From the human T2T-CHM13v2.0 reference genome, Homo sapiens, in NCBI RefSeq assembly GCF_009914755.1, contig NC_060939.1: a stretch of 64,000 nucleotides of DNA; one strand, written 5' to 3'. The notes below the pieces were generated by a model, which ran no database searches, was not told the DNA's origin, and was given only the letters and a program-made list of their open reading frames with translations. Shown piece by piece: positions 52,491-64,000 of this stretch (position 1 is the first letter of the stretch; each line of letters opens with the position of its first letter). The position numbers were made by a program, and so were the translations under genes.

Positions 52491-54251
52491 CTCCAAGCAG
52501 CTTTTTCCCTCAACTAAAAGCAATGTAATTCAGTAGGGAAAACACATCCTTCACATGATGATGGGCATGCATTTGAATCTTGAATCTGCCACAAATTACT
52601 AGTTTGATTTGTCAAATCACTTACGGGTTTATGCCAACTTTTTAATAGATTCAATGATAGATTTCATTTACTAAACATTGCTTGTGTGACTAAGTGCCTT
52701 CAATGCATAATCTATGAAGGAGGTAATCATATCACCCCCTCTTCAATGAGAAAGAAACTGAGGTTCAAGGAAGATAAGAAATTTGGTAATTTTCTTAAGT
52801 CAAAGAAACTGGAAAGTGTGAGCTGGGATTACTCTGGGACTTAAAAAGATGCTTTCGTTTATCTAAGAGAGCCTTTCATTTACATCTTGAAACAGTCCTT
52901 TTCATCAACATCCCAGGCTTCTGCAACCCAGTGCTATGAAAGCCCAGGAAACCACTGTGCTTCTGCTATCCCATTTCCCAGCCTGCCTTCCTTTACTTTC
53001 CCAGCAGGGGGAGCAGAGGATGGAAGGAAGCGATTCCAGGGAAAAGAATCAGAAATCTTCAGAGTTGGAAGGACCTGAAAAAATGGGGCCCCACCCCTCC
53101 ATGTCATAGACGCACCAGAGGCTTGGACAGGAGAAGCAAGCAGGCCAAACACACCCACCTCACCAGAAACAGTGCTTCCTCCCTCCCAGCCTCAACTCCC
53201 TAGCATGCTCAATAGGCCAGGCAGCCTCACAGACATGCAATTGAAAACCAGGCACCTTATGCATTAAGAGAGACGTCCTTTCATCCATTTCCAATCTGTT
53301 GCCATTTAATTTCATGAGGCAGGATAAATAGGAACACCCACTTGGCCTTTGGGGAGCCCTTTATTACTTCATTTACCTCCACCTGGTCTCTCACCACTCC
53401 ACATGACTCTGTAATATACAGCTCTAATCATTGGTGTTTTCTCTGCCAGCAAAATCCACCCTGTCACCTCCTGCCCCACCTCACCTCCAATGTCTCTAAT
53501 CAACTCCACTGCCCTTCACTGGCCTTTCACCCTTTCATTTATATCCTCGTTGAGATAAGACAGCTGGCCCTGACTGCTGTATTCAAAGTGAGGATGTACC
53601 ACTGATTTATAGGATGGCATGATAATATTTCCGCATCTCATTCTCCATCCCCTTCACACAGTCATGGGTCTTATCTGAACGCCACTAGGCATGCAGCAGA
53701 TGTCTTCATTGAGCTGCCCATAATGACACTAGCTGTAGATCTCTTTTTGCCTCTTTCTCTCTTTTTAACACAGACATTGCAGTTAATTCGGAGACCACTC
53801 ATGTGTGCATAGAGTTTAAATCGCTGCCTTCCAATGAGCATTGCCTAGCCCTGGTGTGCAGTGTAGATAACTGCCTATTGGAGAAATTCCTTAAAGAAGC
53901 TCTGGTCCCCACAGCACTTGAACTTCAGTTTAAGGGTAAATGTTTAATATGAGAGGCCACAGTGCCACCTAAGATGATCCTGGGTGTTTAGGGCAGTAAG
54001 TCAGCTTTCCAAGATGAGCATGCATTGATTTGCTGAGCAATCGAGATTAGGGCATGGGAAAACTCACTTTTCTCTTTCAAGGGTATAACTGATGCCACCA
54101 AGACAGGTCAAGTTGGTGGTGGCATTTGGTCTTCTCTGAATATTTGTAACAGTCCTAATGCTATTGCTAAAACACCAGAGAATACAGCCAAAGCACTCAA
54201 GTGCATCACTGGAATGGTAATTTGCCTGTGCTCCCTGTGTCCCTCAGAGTC

Positions 54252-54652
54252 TGTACCAGTCAGGGCTCCCCAGCGAATCAGAGGCCAGTAAAAGGTCGAC
54301 GGATGGAGAGATAATTTCAAGGAATTGACTTACATAATTGTGGGGACTAGTAAGCCCCAAATCTGTATGACAGGCTGGCAGGCTAGAAAATTTCAGGCAG
54401 CATCTGACGCAGCGTCATGAGGCAAAATTTCTCATTCATTCATCAGGGAAAACTATTTTGCTCCTAAGGCCTTTCAACTGATTGGATGAGGGTGTGCACA
54501 TTATTGAGGATAATCTTCTTTACATAAAGTCAACTGAGTGTAGATGTTTACCACATCAACAAAATATCTTCACAGCAACACCTAGATTAGGTGAAGATGA
54601 AATAACTGTTACTATAGCCTAGCCAAGTTGACACATAAAACTAATCATCACA
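54252..54652 (-). mobile_element. MLT2D-like ERVL solo LTR
   Basis: TGTACCAGTCAGGGCTCCCCAG...AAGGCCTTTCAACTGATTGGATGAGG...GCCAAGTTGACACATAAAACTAATCATCACA; perfect 5-bp TSD GAGTC (54247, 54653). Confidence 0.9.
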
Positions 54653-55230
54653 GAGTCAAAGGCAATAAGCTATAGCATGAGATCTCCTTTTAAATCTCCA
54701 CCAGCCCAAGAAAAATCCCTTGCAGCACAGCAAATGCCAGTCCCAGCCCTGAGATTTCAAATACATATGGGCCAGCCCTGAGTCCTACTTCAGCCTGCCT
54801 ATAACAGCCAGTCACAGTGCTGTTAGATCTTGGAGATCACTCCAAGACCACCCCAGATGTGCTCCTTACTCTCTGCAGTTGGAGACTCAGATTCACTAAA
54901 TGTGGTCACAACTTTAGATTTTTATATTCTGGTGACATATTCAGGCTCTTCTCCCTAGATCTGGGGACTTGTTTTCCCACATGACTCTCAGTTTCACATG
55001 TGCCCCTATTGGAGGGTTCTCCACTTTATTTCACAGTCTCCTTCTATTAGCCCCAACCATGTAGACTAGCCCTACTGATTTGTCATAGCTGCTCTAGCAG
55101 AATAGGCAAATACAGAAAAAGAAAAGCAATTTATGAATGTACAAGGAAGGCTAGGAATTGGGGCAGGGCTCTAGCCACTCAGATGGATGAAGTCTACAGG
55201 GAAGGATATGGAAGAAACCATTCAGGTTTA

Positions 55231-55545
55231 TTTCCTTTTTAATTTTTTACTTTTTATTTTTTGAAGATATACTCTCACTCTATCCCCTAGGATGGGGTGC
55301 AATGGCGTGATGATGGCTCACTGCAGCCTCGGTCTCCCAGGCTCAAGAGATCCTCCCACCTTAGCCTCTTAAATAGCTAGGACCACAGGTGCCTACCACC
55401 ACACCCAGCTAATTTTTGTATTTTTTGTAGAAATGGGGTCTCACTATGTTGTCCAGGCTGGTCTCAAACTGCTGGGCTCAAGTGACCCCCCTGCCTCTGT
55501 CTCCCAAAGTGCAAGGACTACAGGTGTGAGCCACCATGCCCGGCC
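55231..55545 (-). mobile_element. Alu (AluJ)
   Basis: GGCTCAAGAGATCCTCCCACC J diagnostic; TSD-like TTCAGGTTTA at 55221 and 55551. Confidence 0.94.
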
Positions 55546-55825
55546 AAGAGTTCAGGTTTAAAGATAAAAGAAAGCCAAGTTCAAAATCGTCACAATCTTG
55601 ACACTTGCAACTACTTGCCATGGCCTTGGACATATTATTTAATCTCTAAGTCTTAGTTTCCCAGAATGTCCAATATGGATATAAACCTACACCATAAATG
55701 GAGAAGATAATAGTATATGCCCAGCAAATCCACATTTTTGTCTTTGAAAGCATGCTGTTATATGACATTCCCCAACCCACTTTCAACGCATGGGCCAAAT
55801 GATGAGCTCTTGCCTGTTAAAAGTG

Positions 55826-56349
55826 GGTGTTCCAGGTACCTATTGCTGTATAACAAACCACCTCAAAACTTAGCTACTTAAAACAGTAAAAGTCATTTAT
55901 TCTGCTCATGAATCTGCAATTCAGGCAGGGCTTAAAGGGACAGCTTGTCTCTTTTCCATGTGGCATCTGCTGGGACAGCTTGACTAGGGCTAGACGATCC
56001 ACTTCGAAGATCGCTCGCTCACATGGCTGGTACGTTGGTGCTGGTTGTCAACTAGGATTCAGCTGGAGCTGTCAGCCAGGCCTCTGTTTTTCTCCACATC
56101 AGATTCTCTATAGAGTGATGGGCTTCCTTGTGCCCTGATGGCAGGGTTCCAAGAGAAAGTGCCCTACAAGGCAGGGAAAGGAGACTGACAATCTCTTAAA
56201 GTCTAGGAAACTAACATAGTGCTAATTCTGTTGTATTCTGTTGGTCAAAGCAGTCTCAGAACCTGTCTGAACATAAGGTCAGGAGACATAGACCATACTT
56301 CTCAATGGGAAGACTGTCAAGAATTTCTGGCCCTAATTAATCCACCACA
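55826..56349 (-). mobile_element. MLT1H-like MaLR solo LTR
   Basis: CTATTGCTGTATAACAAACCACCTCAAAACTTAG...CTCACATGGCTGG...TAATCCACCACA. Confidence 0.85.
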
Positions 56350-56354
56350 ATGTT

Positions 56355-57935
<1,581 letters not shown>

Positions 57936-57966
57936 GTGATGAAGACTTCTTCCCACTCTGCTTTTT

Positions 57967-58752
57967 TGTATTAGCTTCCCAGGGCCGTCACTTGACAATT
58001 ACTACAAACCAGGTGGTAAAATAGGCACTTACTCTCTCACAGCTATGGAGGCTTGACGTTTGAAATCAAGGTGTCAACAGAGTTGGCTCTTCCTGGAGGC
58101 TATGAGGGAGAATCTCTCCCTTAGCTTTCAGTGGCTTCCAGCAATCCTGTGTTCTTTGATTGTAGCTGCATCACTCCAATCTCTGCTTCCATCATCACAT
58201 GGCCTTCTTTCCTACACCTTCTCTGTCTCTCCAAATCTCTCTCCATGTAAAGGTGTCAGTCATTGAATACAGGCACTATCCTAATTTATATGACCTCATC
58301 TTCATCTATATCTTTATTATATTTGCAAGAACCCTACTTTCATGTGAGGTAACATTCGCAGGTACACAGGATTAGGACTAAATATATCTTTTGGGGGGGG
58401 ACATTTAATCTGCTCATGCCTCTGTGGGCTGCACAGGCTTCTGCTTCTCGGGAGGCCTTAGGAAACTTACAATCATGGTGGAAGGCAAAGGGGAAGCAGG
58501 CACATATTCACATGGCCAGCAGGAAAGAGAGAGAGCAAAGGGAATGGTGCCACACACTTTTAAACAACCAGATCTCATGAGAACTCTATCACAAGAAAGC
58601 ACTGGGGGGGGGATGGTACTAAACATTAGAAACCACCCCTATGATCCAATCACCTCTCCCACCAGCCTCATCTCCAACACTGGGGATTACAATTTAAATG
58701 AGATTCAGGTGGGGACACAGAACCAAACCATATCACAGTTCATTCCATTACA
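57967..58752 (-). mobile_element. MLT1B/C-like LTR (57967-58403 and 58736-58752), interrupted by MSTA
   Basis: TGTATTAGCTTCCCAGGGC...TGAAATCAAGGTGTC...ATATCTTTTGGGGGGGGACA | CAGTTCATTCCATTACA. Confidence 0.85.
58404..58735 (-). mobile_element. MSTA-like LTR, one end missing
   Basis: GGAAACTTACAATCATGGTGGAAGGCAAAGGGGAAGCAGGCAC...TTTAAACAACCAGATCTCATGAGAACTC...CCAAACCATATCA. Confidence 0.9.
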
Positions 58753-59308
58753 CTCTTCTCTGGTTTTCCAGTGGATGAGGAGGATCCAGTGGAGCATTCT
58801 GAGGTCCTAAAGGAGGCCAGAGCCACTTGATGGAAGGAGACTGGATCTCTGAATCACTATGTGGAAGGCCACCCTCAAAACATGTGACTGAACTGTTACA
58901 CATGTGAGAACATAAAGCATGAATGTGAAAAGCCACAGAGACTATAATTAGTACTCTTAATATTATGTGCCACTGTTATGGGGACTAAGTGAGACCATGC
59001 ACATAAGGGACCTGATACATGATAGGTGCTAAATAACTGGTAGCATGGGAACAGGAAGCACTAAGTCTACGTTAGTTCTTATGTTGCGTTCTATGTGAGT
59101 CTTGGGGAAGAGCCAGGCCCTTCTCAAGACTTGGAAGAGTGTCAGGCTTATACTCTATTATCAAAAGACTTTCATTCCAGTAGGGATAAATTACCGAGTA
59201 AACAGAAGAGACAGCTCCTAGGTCCTTGCAAAGTGTAGCATTGCCCTCATCATACCAAAATTCTCTTCCCATTCCAAAATAGTACAGTTGACTTAGTTTA
59301 CTCAAGCA

Positions 59309-59653
59309 CAGTGGCCCCCACCTTATTCACGGGAGATGCATTCCAAGAATCCCAGTGGATGCCTGAAGCTATCCATAGTATCAAACTCTACATATATGAT
59401 GTTTTTTCCTATACATATGTACCTATAATAAGGTTTAATTTATAAATAAGGCACAGTAAGAGATTAACTACTAAAATAAAATAGAATTATAACAATATAC
59501 TGCAATATGTTATGTAGATGTGTTCTCTTTCCTTTCTCTTTCTCTCTCAAGATATCTTACTGTACTGTACTCACCTATTTTCAAATCACCATTGACCATG
59601 GGTAACTGAAACTGTGGAAAGCAAAACAAACCGTGGATGAGGGAGGACTACTG
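59309..59653. mobile_element. MER44A-like (Tigger7-derived) MITE
   Basis: CAGTGGCCCCCACCTTATTCACGGG..TTCCAAGA.CCCAGTGGATGCCTGAA ... CCGTGGATGAGGGAGGACTACTG followed by TA. Confidence 0.88.
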
Positions 59654-60214
59654 TAATCATTAGGCAGAGCGAAAGATGATTTACTCTAAATGTTTGACCC
59701 AGTTAACTGACAAATTCCATCACAGCAAACCCTGTTACAAAAAATCTTGGTTTCTGACTGATCCAGGGAAGAAATCTGATCCTCTGCTGTTTCCAAGCAA
59801 AATCAGTTTACAAAATTATTTTCTGTTTCCTATACATCTTCTGAAATGACTATAGACCAAATAACCAGTCGATTTGGAGCCATTTTTTCCTCCCATCTAA
59901 AACACAGAGATATTTTTCACTCCTATGCAAAAGGGAAAATGTTAAATCACATGCAAATTGCAGATATAAGCATTTAAAGACTGTTTCCCTGTTTTGTTTG
60001 TGAATAATCTTTCATTTTATGAAGGAGTCAAAATATTTCAGTAGGTAAAATCAATAGCAGCCCCCAGAGTGGGTAGAAATTCTCCAGGCTTAATATGGTT
60101 TCATGCATGGCTATCCAAGCTGAATGTCTTAAGGGAGCAAATAGTGAATTCCCTGCCTTAGAAGAGATGTAAGAATTAGAATCTTTTCTTTTTAAAACCA
60201 ATCTGTTATATAAT

Positions 60215-60960
60215 GGTTCATTTATTCAACAAATATTTATTAAGCATTTACTGTACACTACATACTACATCAAATGCTTGAAATACACAAAAAATAACAT
60301 CAAGAACCTACCCCAGAGGGAAGAGCCTGGTGAAATGAGTAATATTTAAGAGTGCCTGCTAAATTTTAAGCAGTGTTCTAAGCACTTTGCAAACATTAAC
60401 TCATTTATTCTTCATAACAACCTATAAGGTGTTATTAACATGCCTATTTTACAGATAAGAAAAGTGAGGTACAGAGTTTCAAGAGTGTTCCCAGTCCCAC
60501 AGATAGTTAATTGCAGAGCCAGGTATGACCTTAGGCTGCCTGACTCTAGAGACAATGCTTCTGGTATGCACGGAACAAATATATAAGTACAGTCTCACCA
60601 ATGTGATCAGAGACAGATTCAAAGAATCTTGGCCACAAGGTCTGTCTCATTTCATTATTGTTTTCCCCAGTTCTTCACAGAGTTCCTGACATGTGGTAAT
60701 TATTTTAAAAATTATTTAATTAAGCACTAAAAGAGTAATTGAGAAAGTAATCTGATGGAACCCCACAGGCAGATTCCGCCTTTGCTGGGGGAAATCATGA
60801 AAGGCTTCACAAAGAAAGTGATTTTGAGCTGGGTGTGGGAAGATGAGTTAGGCCTTTGCTAGGTCATTCCTGGAAGCAAAGGCATTCTAGGAAGCAGAGT
60901 AGCCAGTCCAAAAGCACAGAGGCAGGCAAACCATGGCCACTTAGGGGGGTTATAAATAGT
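60215..60960 (-). mobile_element. L2 remnants with a nested MIR (60335-60560)
   Basis: TTCATTTATTCAACAAATATTTATTAAGCATTTACTG; CCTATTTTACAGATAAGAAAAGTGAGG; GAAAGGCTTCACAAAGAAAGTGATTTTGAGCTGGG. Confidence 0.75.
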
Positions 60961-61276
60961 TCACAAATAACAGAAGGATAATTGTTGATTTATGTAATCT
61001 CAGTCTGACTCCTGAGCAAACAATGCTTCTCAGATGATTCCTGAGGTTCTGAAATAGAGGGTTGCTTGGTGTTTTTCTTCTTCATTCTTGAAGAAAACTC
61101 AAGTTTTGTGGATATGGTTTCCTGAAGCTGCTGCTTCTAAGGTAAACCTTTAGATGAATGATTCCCAACATTCCCCTGGAGATCAGCCCAGGGGCTCCAG
61201 TCTTCCCTAGAACTGAGAGAATCAACATTTTGGTCCACCAGGAATTCTGAACCAAGGCCCATCCCTTGAAAAGCTC

Positions 61277-61585
61277 TTTTTTGTTTTGTTTTGTTTTTTT
61301 TGAGACACAGTCTCGCTCTGTCACCCAGGCTGGAGTGCAGTGGCACTATCTCGGCTCACTGCAAGCTCCGCCTCCGGGTTGACGCCATTCTCTTGCCTCA
61401 GCCACCCTAGTGGCTGGGACTACAGGCACCTGCCACCACGCCCGGCTAATTTTTTGTATTTTTAGTAGAGAAGGCGTTTCACCTTATTAGCCAGGATGTT
61501 CTCGATCTCCTGACCTCGTGATCCACCTGTCTCAGCCTCCCAAAGTGCTGGGATTACAGGCGTGAGCCAGCCACTGCACCCGGCC
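61277..61585 (-). mobile_element. Alu (AluY-like)
   Basis: GCAAGCTCCGCCTCC..GACGCCATTCTC diagnostics; TSD AAAAGCTCTTT at 61269 and 61587. Confidence 0.96.
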
Positions 61586-62394
61586 AAAAAGCTCTTTCTT
61601 AGGTGGAAAAACTCACCCGAGCTTTGGCAACCATTGCTCTACGTGTGGAATTCCATACATTGCAAAGTTAGGAAAGAAATGAAGGGTAGGCCATTGGTAT
61701 ATACATGCTCTCTGAAGTCTAAGCATGTGTCTGACTTCAAAAGGGCTAAGAGGAGCAGGAAACAGGTGGCAGTGAGAGAAAGCCTTAGCAGCAGGAAGAG
61801 GAAGTAGTCAAGAATGAACCACACCCAAACAGAAGGAACTGCACTGTCCCCCAATTTATGCACAGAGTAAAGCTAAGGGAAAATAAGACACCCTTACTGA
61901 TTCAGAAAATGCCTTTTCACAAATAACTGTTCTCTGAGGTCATTATTTTTCTTCTAGCTTCCTTGGCTGACCATGTTGGTGCTTCCCAGAGAGTCCATGT
62001 GTCACCTGATGGATTCTGTGCCCTGCTTAATCAAGCTGTGCTGTGCTCAACCTCCTTCATTGCTCTTGGTGTTCTAACCTGTTAGGATGATATTTGGGTT
62101 CCAGAACCTGACTTCTACCTCATGTCTGTCTGTTTGCTTCCTTGCTTTCTCCTTATAGTATCCACCATTACCCAAGCTTCAGGAAAAAAAAAAAAAAGGA
62201 AAACAGTAAAAATGTTAAGAACAAAATATCTGAGCATGGAATCCTATGGCCATCAAAAACTGGTGCCCACAAAATGGACCTTAATATGGTGTTTCTAAAA
62301 TAAATAACCAAGGAGCCAAAAGCATTGCTAGTATTTGATGTTTAAGTTTCTAGAGTGACACTGATAAAGAAGTGTTCATATTCATATTCTCCAT

Positions 62395-62550
62395 GAACAT
62401 TCCCAGCCAATCATTAAATAAGAAAATATTTATTGAGCACCTACTTACTAGGGTTAAGACATCACGCTAAATACTGTGGTGATCTAATTCATTATGGCAT
62501 ATTACCAATCCCTTCTAAGGACTTACATTCAATCTGGGGGTGACTGATGA
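62395..62550 (-). mobile_element. L2 3' remnant
   Basis: AAATATTTATTGAGCACCTAC...CTAAGGACTTACATTCAATCTGGGG. Confidence 0.6.
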
Positions 62551-63962
62551 AGTGAAAAATGGCAGGGAGGGAGGGATGGAGGGAAGAAGGAAGAAAGGAA
62601 AAGAATTAAAAAAGGCATGTAATAGGTGTGTTCCTATTGCCAACTTAGAACTAGCATCAGGGTACTCATTTCTTTCAGGACAATTGTTTGGTACCTCAGC
62701 TCCTCAAAAAGTTCTTTCTCTGGATTAAAACAAGGAGAATATTCTTGCAATGTTTCTTTCTGTCCCGTGTGGTGTCTCATTCCCAGATCACTGTGATGTC
62801 ATCTGTTGTTGATTATCTCTTGGTTCCTGAAGAATCCTTTGTCCTCATGGAAACACCCATACCCAGTTCCCAAAATCTTCCAATAGCTTAAAAATATCTC
62901 CCCTCTGCTCCTTCCACAGACTCCACCTGTGCACTGTGGATAGTCTACCATTCTCAGACCTCCCTACCTTGGCAGAATGTGCATAGGGAGGACCTGGAAG
63001 GAGCCAGTACTTTCTCATGTCACCATCAGGAAGTGGTCCCTACACCACTTGGGGCCATTTGCTCAGCTGCTGCTCACCTCCAGTGCCCACAGAAGTCTAT
63101 TCTTGAGCTTCTCACTGCTCTTTTGCTTCTCCCTATATGTCTGTGACCCTATGCCCCAGGTTGCCAGTAAGGGACTATTCACTCTGCTCTGGTCTAGGGG
63201 AAGGTGTTTTCTCACAGGCAATTTCTTATCTTTAGCTGACACCCGGTTCTAGAACTCAGTCCCTTATTCCTCCCTCTGCCACAGCCATTCCAGGGTTACT
63301 GGCTTCTAGTCTCTGTTCCTCCAGCCAAACCTTTCTGATTCTCACCAGAAGATTTACTTTTTCCTGGATTAAGGAAAGATGTTACAAATGGAAAGAAAAC
63401 TAGAAGGTACCATATGGTAAGTGACAAGCTAGTTAAAATGGGTTTTAAGGTCCACAGGAGTTGAAATATCCAGGAATCACCATGAATGGGAGGGACCCCG
63501 AACTCTGGGGTTCAACCTGGGTCACAAAAGATGAATCACATTGAGATAAATGCATAAAAGCAGGAAAAACACTCTGGAAGGTATAGACACTGCAAGCAAA
63601 GGCAGAAAAACAGGGCAGGAGAAAATGCCAGCATGAACCAAGACAGGATTGCTCCAGGTTCTTTCGGGAAAAGTAAAAAAAAAACTTCAGTTGTTGGAAG
63701 CACAGTCTTTTCTTCATTCTTCAGGGCTCTTCTCCAGTGTCATTCTCCCTGAAGCTTTTCCTAGAGCTCACAAACACATGGACACTGTCATATGCAACCT
63801 CATTTACTCACCTAGTGATGCTTCAATGCATTTCAATTTGTGAGCATTTTTCTCATCTCTCTTACCTCATTACAAGCTTCATCAGGTGGTATATTTTGGA
63901 CTTTATGGAAACATTAATAACTTGATACCTATAATGTATGTGCCTATCACTTAACACACAAC

Positions 63963-64000
63963 TAGGGTGGCCATATGATTTATCTTCCAAAATAGGACAC
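63963..64000. mobile_element. Start of a MER94/Blackjack-like hAT element (runs off the window)
   Basis: TAGGGTGGCCATATGATTTATCTTCCAAAATAGGACAC terminal inverted repeat. Confidence 0.65.

Overview
Primate (most likely human) non-coding genomic DNA dominated by interspersed repeats: 14 Alus, many MIR/L2 remnants, old L1M pieces, MaLR/ERVL solo LTRs and hAT/Tigger/mariner MITEs. I can support no protein-coding gene, tRNA, rRNA, CpG island or CRISPR array. The ORF track is Alu/LTR-derived or chance. The main structure is a pair of non-autonomous MER4-group ERV1 proviruses arranged head-to-head about 560 bp apart. One is a minus-strand element (36686-42284). The other is a plus-strand LTR8/HUERS-P1 element (42848-~50088) with a tRNA-Pro primer-binding site. 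They share about 2 kb of homologous internal sequence, which forms a long imperfect inverted repeat. Each keeps a splice donor, a tandem-hairpin array in the leader and a homologous ~365-nt cassette exon. The plus element also has an env TM-like remnant before its PPT. Other points of interest are a tandem Alu pair with a triplicated target site, a cluster of candidate lncRNA exons (8.5-9.2 kb) and candidate enhancers. Repeat family names were recognised by eye from remembered consensus sequences, not from a database search, and boundaries of old repeats are approximate. I did not identify the locus and see no clearly new biological system.
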